From positions 166,037 to 230,036 of the IMG/VR virus record IMGVR_UViG_3300001460_000004: a DNA stretch of 64,000 nucleotides. The stretch is one strand, 5' to 3'. Positions 57,252-64,000 of this stretch are shown piece by piece. Within the stretch, counting starts at the first letter, position 1. Each line of letters begins with the position of its first letter. The notes under the pieces were generated by a model. It did not search any database. It saw only the letters and a program-made list of their open reading frames with translations, and had not been told where the DNA came from. A program made the position numbers and the translations under genes.

Positions 57252-57449
57252 ATGAACAATCAACAAAATATAGCACAAACACTTCAAGCCGCCAGTGACA
57301 TGTGTAAACAAGCTAAAAACAAAGAAGAATTAGAGCGAGTCTTAAGAGTAACCAATGATCTTATTACTTGGACTGCTAGTCAATTGACCAAAGAAGATAC
57401 AACTATTGATATTAAATCAATTTGGAGAAAAGTTAACGAAAAAGTGTAA
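57252..57449 (+). CDS. Small helical hypothetical protein
   Basis: SD AAGGTG; start moved to ATG 57252. Confidence 0.6.
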   Translation: MNNQQNIAQTLQAASDMCKQAKNKEELERVLRVTNDLITWTASQLTKEDTTIDIKSIWRKVNEKV

Positions 57450-57459
57450 AGGAAAGCAA

Positions 57460-58560
57460 GTGGCATTTAAAATATCCCCTATTAAAGAATTTGGAACATT
57501 TGGTGTATATGTAGATAATGTAGATATGGACCATATGACTGATGATGATTGGTTAGAACTAGGTCAATTAGCAGTGGAAAAATTAGTAATTGTTTTTAGA
57601 AATATTAACATGAGCAAAGGACAATATGCCGATTGGATACCAAAATGGGGACCACTTAAAGCTGATCTTAGAGCTAGATTTAGAAGAAAATACGGACAAG
57701 ACTTTGACGCACTTAAACCTGAAACATGGGAAGGCATTGATGGGGTTGACCGAACATGGTTAGAAACTAGAGGAAATGCACTAGAAGCAGTTGATGATGG
57801 AAGCGGTCGTCACTTAACACGTATATACGGAGGCAAAGACGGACAAGGTAAAATGATGGGTGCCTTTGCATATGGAGAATTGTACTGGCATAGTAACGAA
57901 AGCAGTAGTTTAACTTTTAGCCCAATGGTGAGTTTGTTAGGTTGGGAAGAAATGCATAATAGTTGCACAGGATTTGTACAAACAATTGATTACTACGAAT
58001 CACTAAGTGATAGTTTTCGTCGTGAACTTAATGACATGATTGTAGTACATGGGTATAAAGCAGGCTTTGTAAACGATAACGAACACACTGATGAAGTTTT
58101 TAGTGCCCATGTTAAGATGAGTTTTTGTCCAGATGAAGGTACTGAAACACCATTAGTGTGCGTTGCACCAAATGGTCGTAAAGGGTTGCATTACACAGTT
58201 AATAGTGCAGTAAAGATAAAAGGTATGAGCGACAACGAAAGTAAAAAATTGTTTACACGTTTAGATCACGAATTGTTTACAAGTGAAAATATATTTGATC
58301 ATCATTATGCTGTAGGTTCAAAAGATCTGCTGGTATTTGATAACAGTGTAACATTACATCGTCGAGTAGGTGGAGAACCAGGGCGTAAAGCATTTAGAAT
58401 GCAGTTTGATATATCACCATTGATAGATAAACCCTGGAGACCGTTTTTAGCACATCCTGAATACGATAAAGAATACGTTGAAAAAACACATGATCTTGTT
58501 AATTTAGTAGGAGGCGATTTAGGTGAACGCTTTAAATTGCCTTCAAGGGGTGTGAACTAA
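57460..58560 (+). CDS. TauD/TfdA-family 2OG-Fe(II) dioxygenase
   Basis: LYWHSNE, FDNSVTLHRR; GTG start with SD AAGGA. Confidence 0.8.
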   Translation: MAFKISPIKEFGTFGVYVDNVDMDHMTDDDWLELGQLAVEKLVIVFRNINMSKGQYADWIPKWGPLKADLRARFRRKYGQDFDALKPETWEGIDGVDRTWLETRGNALEAVDDGSGRHLTRIYGGKDGQGKMMGAFAYGELYWHSNESSSLTFSPMVSLLGWEEMHNSCTGFVQTIDYYESLSDSFRRELNDMIVVHGYKAGFVNDNEHTDEVFSAHVKMSFCPDEGTETPLVCVAPNGRKGLHYTVNSAVKIKGMSDNESKKLFTRLDHELFTSENIFDHHYAVGSKDLLVFDNSVTLHRRVGGEPGRKAFRMQFDISPLIDKPWRPFLAHPEYDKEYVEKTHDLVNLVGGDLGERFKLPSRGVN

Positions 58561-58592
58561 ATAGATGCAGTAAAACATAGCAACCCAAATTT

Positions 58593-58637
58593 GGCTCTGT
58601 TGGCGATAGTGCTGGCAGAGCCTACTCTTTTTAGAGT
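58593..58637 (+). other. Tandem hairpins in the intergenic leader after a TAAATA box (58558-58563)
   Basis: GGCTCTGTTGGC-GATAGT-GCTGGCAGAGCC, then ACTCT-TTTT-AGAGT. Confidence 0.5.
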
Positions 58638-58675
58638 TTAAACTATAAACGCAAACCATATGAGGAAAGAAAGAA

Positions 58676-58900
58676 ATGCGTATTACAATAATGTTAGTTG
58701 GAATGTTAGTGGCCTTAACAGGCTGTAAAAATGTAGATGAAGTAATTGATTTTGAAACAATGGAATTTAATTTTGAAAATTTAATCCCAGAACAACCCAA
58801 ATTTGATTGGGCTCCTGAGCCTGAGGTATTTCAGCAAAATATAAGAGACTGTCGATCACAGCCTGTTTGTCGTGCCGAAACTCTTTTCCGGGTAAGTTAA
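58676..58900 (+). CDS. Small lipoprotein
   Basis: Lipobox ALTGC; SD GAGGA. Confidence 0.6.
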   Translation: MRITIMLVGMLVALTGCKNVDEVIDFETMEFNFENLIPEQPKFDWAPEPEVFQQNIRDCRSQPVCRAETLFRVS

Positions 58901-59013
58901 TCTTTAAATGCTTCGTGTCCTTCAAAATACATTTGTATCATAACATGTATAGCAACATTAATACCTGCTACAATCAACATGTATGTAAAGAACATTGGAG
59001 CTCCACCGATCAT
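58897..59013 (-). CDS. Small membrane peptide (38 aa)
   Basis: ATG follows the upstream stop; hydrophobic core. Confidence 0.45.
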   Translation of the reverse strand: MIGGAPMFFTYMLIVAGINVAIHVMIQMYFEGHEAFKD

Positions 59014-59014
59014 A

Positions 59015-59176
59015 TTATTCGGATTTCCAAATGGTCCAAGCACCATAGGCAATAGCAAGTCCCGCAGCAATTTTTGCCAATGGTGCAAGGAACAACACCA
59101 TAAGTCCTAGTACTACTAGTGCAGCACCATCCCAAGACGTGCGTTCTTTCATGCGTTTATCAATCCAATTTTTCAT
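59015..59176 (-). CDS. Small 2-TM membrane protein (53 aa; not in the ORF track)
   Basis: SD GGGAG; MKNWIDKRMKERTSWDGAALVVLG... Confidence 0.65.
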   Translation of the reverse strand: MKNWIDKRMKERTSWDGAALVVLGLMVLFLAPLAKIAAGLAIAYGAWTIWKSE

Positions 59177-59197
59177 TAAATTTCTCCCTAATTTACC

Positions 59198-59209
59198 ATA
59201 AATATTTAT
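59198..59209. promoter_or_regulatory. Palindromic bidirectional late promoter ATAAATATTTAT
   Basis: Perfect 12-bp palindrome containing TAAATA on both strands, between divergent genes. Confidence 0.6.
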
Positions 59210-59231
59210 CTACAAAAGAAAAGGAAAGACA

Positions 59232-59873
59232 ATGTTAGGAATTTTTAAAGACGTAGACCGAACTATGATGCTGAAACTAGCGTTATTGCATGTTGCAGTA
59301 ATCACAGTGTCAAATGCTTTAGTAAGTATTCCAGTAGAATTTTTTGGAGTTAAACTAACATGGGCAGCATTTACCTTCCCATTGGTTGTTCTTGCAACCG
59401 ACCTAACAGTACGAATGTTAGGTAAAAACATTGCCCGAGCAACTATTGCGGCAGCGTATCCATTGGCTATTATTGGATCTATTGCAGTTGTAATGCTAGA
59501 AGGAGCTCCACAAAGTGTTGCATTACGCATTGGTTTTGCAAGTGCTACTGCTTACGCAGTTGGTACAATGCTTGATGTATATGTATTTCAATACCTACGT
59601 GAGAATTGGGCCAAGCAATGGTGGCTAGCACCAGCAGTGTCAACAGTAGCCGCAAACATTATTGATACGTACACATTCTTCTGGGTAGCATTTAATAACT
59701 CAGCAGACGAGTATATGGCAGCTAACTGGATGGAAATTGCAGGATCACAAGTTGTACTTAAAATTGCTGTGGGATTAATTATCTTCCTTCCAGCATATGG
59801 CGTACTGTTACGTTATCTAAATGGAGCGTTAAGTGAATCAGTCGTTAAGAAGAAAAAGACTGCAAAAAAATAA
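59232..59873 (+). CDS. yhhQ: Queuosine precursor (preQ0/preQ1) transporter, YhhQ/Vut_1 family
   Basis: SNALV, TWAAFTFP..LATDLTVR..G, RIGFAS, IIDT..FF..AF. Confidence 0.85.
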   Translation: MLGIFKDVDRTMMLKLALLHVAVITVSNALVSIPVEFFGVKLTWAAFTFPLVVLATDLTVRMLGKNIARATIAAAYPLAIIGSIAVVMLEGAPQSVALRIGFASATAYAVGTMLDVYVFQYLRENWAKQWWLAPAVSTVAANIIDTYTFFWVAFNNSADEYMAANWMEIAGSQVVLKIAVGLIIFLPAYGVLLRYLNGALSESVVKKKKTAKK

Positions 59874-60170
59874 CTAACCTTTTTTACTTGTACCAGTGTA
59901 CAAGCCAAACCAAGCTGCGCCTGCACCAACAACAATACTTACTAAACCAGATTGTTCAAGTGTAGGCGTAGGTAATGCCATATACCACTCCACAACCCTA
60001 TATAGTAAATAAATGTACACAGTTAAAAACAATCTTGGAAAAATTCGCCAGGCATCAACTGCTTTAGCAAGGTCAATTAAAAATTGAAATCTATTTTTGC
60101 TACTATCAGTTACACTAGTGTCAACTTCAAGATCAATGGTTACTTTTTTAGTTTGTGTATCATCGCTCAT
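59874..60170 (-). CDS. 2-TM membrane protein (holin-like candidate)
   Basis: DAWRIFPRLF...EQSGLVS...WFGLY. Confidence 0.6.
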   Translation of the reverse strand: MSDDTQTKKVTIDLEVDTSVTDSSKNRFQFLIDLAKAVDAWRIFPRLFLTVYIYLLYRVVEWYMALPTPTLEQSGLVSIVVGAGAAWFGLYTGTSKKG

Positions 60171-60453
60171 ACTTTAATCCTTCTAATTTCTTAATACGAC
60201 CTTCAAGGTCTTCAATCTTTTTTGTTAACTTGGGATTTGCAGATTTCCATGCATCTGGATTGTGTTTGAACCAAGTCCAGCCCCACCGATTAACCAAAAA
60301 GTCTAATGTTGCTTCCCACTTGTTAATTGCCCAAAAAGCAATGTATGTATCTTTGATCCAGTAAACAAACAATGCGCCAAATATACTACCTGCTAATGCT
60401 GTATAAATCCACAACCGATCTGTGATCATTCTTTCAATTATTTCCCACATCAT
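60160..60453 (-). CDS. Membrane protein with C-terminal coiled coil
   Basis: One TM helix; 97 aa. Confidence 0.65.
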   Translation of the reverse strand: MMWEIIERMITDRLWIYTALAGSIFGALFVYWIKDTYIAFWAINKWEATLDFLVNRWGWTWFKHNPDAWKSANPKLTKKIEDLEGRIKKLEGLKYER

Positions 60454-60854
60454 TGACCCTCTATTTTATCAATACGTTTTTTATTTTGAGCTATATCGTG
60501 ACTGTTGTTATCTGGTGTATGGTCAAATATAACTTTTTCTAATTTTAAAAACGAAATACGTTCATTAGGAACATATCTCCATACATAATCTCCGTCAAAC
60601 TCTCCAGACGTTTTAGTAACACCAAACACAGTTTCTGTAATTCCAATTTTTACAATTAATGCACGTTCGCCATCAAGGATAACTTTGTCACCTTCTTGGA
60701 ATTGCTTGTTCATTTGAAATGCCAGGCCTTTAGCAATTTTAGTTGCATAATCTTTAAACCAAAGGGTAACAACAAGTAACATTAATGCACTCACAAAAGG
60801 CATCAATAGATTAGTTAATTCTAATCCAATGTCTGTAGATGCTATTGTTTCCAT
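60450..60854 (-). CDS. Mini MscS-like membrane protein
   Basis: TM helix then FQEGDKVILDG...KIG..ET, matching the MscS beta-domain signature. Confidence 0.55.
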   Translation of the reverse strand: METIASTDIGLELTNLLMPFVSALMLLVVTLWFKDYATKIAKGLAFQMNKQFQEGDKVILDGERALIVKIGITETVFGVTKTSGEFDGDYVWRYVPNERISFLKLEKVIFDHTPDNNSHDIAQNKKRIDKIEGQ

Positions 60855-60856
60855 GT

Positions 60857-61597
60857 TTAGTCCTTTGCATTACTTAAATATTTTATATATTCATTCATAC
60901 TATGGTCGTATAATCCATCAAAAGGTACACCTTTTTTAAAAGCACGCCAGCGTCCACGCCAGCTATCTTTTATACGTTGCCATTTTGTCATTTTACGAAC
61001 ATTACCAAAATAGTTTAGGTAAAATAATTCACCTACATGCTTGTACCCTAATAACCAAAACGGTACTTTTGTCACAACATCATTATTGTTTACTACTCTT
61101 ATTACTGGTACTGGGCATTTATAACTTTTACTTAAACTTGTTGCACGTGGTCCACCAAATGTAATAACATGCTTAACATTAAAATTTGGACCCGGGTCTT
61201 GTGGTTTACTAGCAAGATAATAAGATGCAACAACACTCATACCGCCACCTAAACTGTGTCCTGTAATTGTAACAGGCCGACTTTTCTTTTTGAGAAGCGT
61301 TTTTAATTCAATTTGTATTTTATTAATAAGTTTGTCTGCTTCAGTTTTAAATCCTGCATGAAACCCATTACTGTACCATGCTTTGGCATCAGCTGCAAGA
61401 TCGCTGATTTCAGACGGTTCGGTTCCTCTAAAACAAACAGTTATTTGATCCTTGTTGCTTACAATATATGCCTGAGCACCTTCATGTTCAATAAATTTAC
61501 TAACAGTATATCCTAATTTTTTAAATTTTGATCCACCTTTGTCCAAATAAGCCAATTGACTGCATTGAGCATAATGGTGTAATTTAGTTGCTTCCAT
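60857..61597 (-). CDS. Lipase class 3 (alpha/beta hydrolase)
   Basis: FRGTE, FHAGF, ITGHSLGG, FGGPR, NNNDVVTKVP, DHSM; start at the SD-preceded ATG. Confidence 0.9.
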   Translation of the reverse strand: MEATKLHHYAQCSQLAYLDKGGSKFKKLGYTVSKFIEHEGAQAYIVSNKDQITVCFRGTEPSEISDLAADAKAWYSNGFHAGFKTEADKLINKIQIELKTLLKKKSRPVTITGHSLGGGMSVVASYYLASKPQDPGPNFNVKHVITFGGPRATSLSKSYKCPVPVIRVVNNNDVVTKVPFWLLGYKHVGELFYLNYFGNVRKMTKWQRIKDSWRGRWRAFKKGVPFDGLYDHSMNEYIKYLSNAKD

Positions 61598-61632
61598 AAT
61601 TTTCTTGCTCTCCAACGAAGTTTGTGTTACTA

Positions 61633-61645
61633 TATTTAGTAAATA
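61633..61645. promoter_or_regulatory. Back-to-back late boxes TATTTA-G-TAAATA; a further TAAATA at 61668-61673 lies 4 nt before ATG 61678
   Basis: Lies between divergent genes. Confidence 0.55.
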
Positions 61646-61677
61646 ATACCTTAGATTAGGAGGCGCTTAAATACTAC

Positions 61678-62589
61678 ATGCTCACTGGCTTACACATCGA
61701 ACCCACAAACTTATGTACTCTCAAATGCGAAGGTTGTGCAAGAACTATATTTAGAAAACAATGGCTTAAACATTGGAAAAATTATAGTATTGATATTGTC
61801 AAACTACTACAATTTTTAGATATAAATCTCGATAACATGTTGATATATCTCTGTGGTAATTATGGAGATCCAATATATCATCCTAAATTTTATGAGCTTG
61901 TTACAGAACTTAAGGCACGTGGTGCCCAGTTAAAAATAACAACAAATGGTAGTTACAAGACAACAGCTTGGTGGAAAAAATTAGTTGCACAGCTAGATAA
62001 AAATGATACTATTGAATTTAGTATCGATGGTACACCTGAAACATTTACAAACTACAGAGAAAATGGTGACTGGAAAAGCATAAAACTAGGAATAGACGTA
62101 GCAACAGCGGCTAGTGTTCGCACAATTTGGAAGTATATTCCTTTTGCATTTAATGCCAATGACATTGATAATGTTGCCCAACTGAGTATAAAAATGGGGT
62201 TTGATGGATTTTTGTTAGACCGCAGTGATAGGTATGAGGGAGAACTTAGAGATTTGGCGCCAGACGATGAAAACTTAATACACCCAAGGGCCAAAGGAAG
62301 AGTTAAAGCCTTAGATGGAACAGCTGACATTGATGCAAAATGCGACAAAGGCAATATGCATTACATAAGTGCCGATGGTTACTATTCACCTTGTTGCTTT
62401 ATAGCTGATCATCGTTACTATTACAAAACACCTTTTGGAAAAAACAAAAACAATTACGGCATTGCCAATACAACAATAAGTAATATTTTAAAGCAGAATG
62501 ACACAGTTTCTTTCTACAAAAACATACACTTAACCAAACCATTATGTTGCACAATGAATTGTCCAAGGTTGAAAGGCACCAATGATTAA
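61678..62589 (+). CDS. Radical SAM protein with C-terminal SPASM/twitch domain
   Basis: CTLKCEGC, GNYGDP, TNG, SIDG, YISADGYYSPCC. Confidence 0.88.
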   Translation: MLTGLHIEPTNLCTLKCEGCARTIFRKQWLKHWKNYSIDIVKLLQFLDINLDNMLIYLCGNYGDPIYHPKFYELVTELKARGAQLKITTNGSYKTTAWWKKLVAQLDKNDTIEFSIDGTPETFTNYRENGDWKSIKLGIDVATAASVRTIWKYIPFAFNANDIDNVAQLSIKMGFDGFLLDRSDRYEGELRDLAPDDENLIHPRAKGRVKALDGTADIDAKCDKGNMHYISADGYYSPCCFIADHRYYYKTPFGKNKNNYGIANTTISNILKQNDTVSFYKNIHLTKPLCCTMNCPRLKGTND

Positions 62590-63097
62590 ACAATATATTA
62601 AAAGTTTTAACGACTTTCCAGTTAAGGGAGTAGTGTTTAAAGACACAGCTAGTCTTTGTTCTAGTCCTGGATTTGAATTAGTAAATGACAGTTTCTATAG
62701 TCAGTTGCTCAAGTATATGCCTTGTGATAAAATTATAGGAATTGATGCAAGAGGATTTCCTTTTGCTAGTGTCTTTGCATATCGTACCCGGCATCCTTTG
62801 GTACTTGCACGTAAAACAGGCAAGCTACCCGGTGCAACTATTTCTCAAGAATTTGAACTAGAGTATGGAAGTGCAACAATAGAAATACAAGCAGATGCTA
62901 TTAGCAAAGGAGATAGAGTTATTATATTTGATGACTTGTTGGCTACCGGCGGCACTATGAATGCTGTAATAGATTTAACCGAACGTGCAGGTGCCGAGGT
63001 AATTGCTGTAGCATGTGCAATTGATCTAACATACTTGCCAGGAGGAGATTCTATACGTAAGCGTGATATACCAATTTATTCAACAGTGGAGTATTAA
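62582..63097 (+). CDS. apt: Adenine phosphoribosyltransferase
   Basis: DFPVKGVVFKD, GIDARGF, RKTGKLPG, LEYG, IFDDLLATGGT. Confidence 0.93.
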   Translation: MIKQYIKSFNDFPVKGVVFKDTASLCSSPGFELVNDSFYSQLLKYMPCDKIIGIDARGFPFASVFAYRTRHPLVLARKTGKLPGATISQEFELEYGSATIEIQADAISKGDRVIIFDDLLATGGTMNAVIDLTERAGAEVIAVACAIDLTYLPGGDSIRKRDIPIYSTVEY

Positions 63098-63098
63098 T

Positions 63099-63281
63099 AT
63101 GTCAATGAACCATATGCCTAAAAAGAATACAGATGCAGATTTAATCGCCGAATACTTAGCTAAAGGCGGAGAAGTCAAAGTAGGAAAAACCAAACCCATG
63201 CCAAGCGAATTAGGTATTAGCAACAACACCTGGGGGAATAAATTAACAAAAGAAGAAAAAGCTGCAAAGAAAAAACAATGA
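63099..63281 (+). CDS. Small hypothetical protein
   Basis: SD GGAG; IAEYLAKGGEV. Confidence 0.6.
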   Translation: MSMNHMPKKNTDADLIAEYLAKGGEVKVGKTKPMPSELGISNNTWGNKLTKEEKAAKKKQ

Positions 63282-64000
63282 ACATTGAAATTACAACACA
63301 CCCAACAGGAAGAAGCCCAGAGAACAAATATTTCTTTGGACACAAAACAAAATGCTTAGACATGTCAAGGCCTAAGTATCATAAGATTGGCGAAGAAACA
63401 GATTTTAAAGAGTTTCATAATGATATGTATGAACTAGAATATAATCACAACCTAGTATTTTATACTTGTGGGTTATGTTTTAGAGTAGAAACAAATGACG
63501 ACAGACATGCACAGTTTGTACGCAATATGTTTACTGTAGAAGAAAACGGATTAGAACATACTGCTGACTGGACAATACTACACAACACAGACCTGATAGT
63601 ACCTAAGCCTAAAATATATGTACACTTAGATGAACAAGTGATGCTTATTGCAGGTACAACATTCTTAGGAGAGATTAAGAAAGGTGTATTTGGTATTGTA
63701 AGTTTTGTAACGCCAAGAAGAGATGCGTTGCCAATGCATTGTAGTGCATTTACATACAAAGATACAACTAACTTAATGTTTGGGCTTAGTGGCACAGGAA
63801 AAACAACACTTAGTAGTGACCCTGATTATCAACTTATTAGTGACGACGAAGTGTTGTGGGAACAAGACGGTATCCAAATGATTGAAACTGGATGCTATGC
63901 TAAAAGCGAAGGCTTAACACCAGAAACACATAAAACAATTTTTGATGCAGTAGAACTAGCACGTAGTAAAGATACATTAGTAGTAGAAAATCCTGGTGTA
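63278..64000 (+). CDS. pckA: Phosphoenolpyruvate carboxykinase (ATP); runs off the window (not in the ORF track)
   Basis: Hand translation: TGRSPENK, GEIKKG, LPMHCSA, FGLSGTGKTTLSSDP, SDDE, TGCYAK. Confidence 0.9.
   Translation, partial: MNIEITTHPTGRSPENKYFFGHKTKCLDMSRPKYHKIGEETDFKEFHNDMYELEYNHNLVFYTCGLCFRVETNDDRHAQFVRNMFTVEENGLEHTADWTILHNTDLIVPKPKIYVHLDEQVMLIAGTTFLGEIKKGVFGIVSFVTPRRDALPMHCSAFTYKDTTNLMFGLSGTGKTTLSSDPDYQLISDDEVLWEQDGIQMIETGCYAKSEGLTPETHKTIFDAVELARSKDTLVVENPGV

Noticed and set aside
58897-59088. 63-aa minus-strand ORF as given in the track
   Set aside because: Better explained as two coupled genes, 59015-59176 and 58897-59013.
1-64000. CRISPR array, diversity-generating retroelement, integrase or transposase
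   Set aside because: No regularly spaced repeats, RT motifs, template/variable repeat pairs or recombinase motifs were seen by eye; short dispersed repeats could have been missed.
1-64000. Bacterial chromosome origin, suggested by the many metabolic genes
   Set aside because: The metabolic genes are interleaved with gp41/gp61/UvsW-like, PAAR and structural genes, carry T4-type late boxes, and lack their usual bacterial operon partners.

Overview
A 64-kb, densely coding, AT-rich (roughly one-third GC by eye) segment of a large T4-related myophage genome; no integrase, CRISPR array, reverse transcriptase, intron or intein was seen. Core phage genes: UvsW-like helicase, gp61-like primase, gp41-like helicase, probable clamp-loader small subunit, PD-(D/E)xK exonuclease, class Ia RNR (nrdA/nrdB) with glutaredoxin, PAAR spike, several tail/baseplate and internal-head-like proteins, and a 187-aa DnaE-like polymerase fragment. 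Interleaved on both strands is a large accessory enzyme set: 3 radical SAM proteins, 4 SGNH-like proteins, 3 or more sulfotransferase-like proteins, 4 paralogous GT10-like glycosyltransferases, a UDP-glucose dehydrogenase, an amidinotransferase, an AsnB-like ligase and three 2OG-Fe(II) oxygenases. Host-like metabolic genes include guaC, apt, class I aldolase, pckA (cut by the window edge), hsp20, clpS, iscA, iscU, uvsE, yhhQ and a secreted heme c/Cu monooxygenase. Signals read directly from the DNA: T4-type late promoter boxes (TAAATA) placed exactly 5 nt before ATG (implying leaderless mRNAs), near-consensus sigma70 promoters, a ROSE-like thermometer on hsp20, and an atypical tRNA with an AGG anticodon. 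All product calls come from recognised motifs; no database searches were run.
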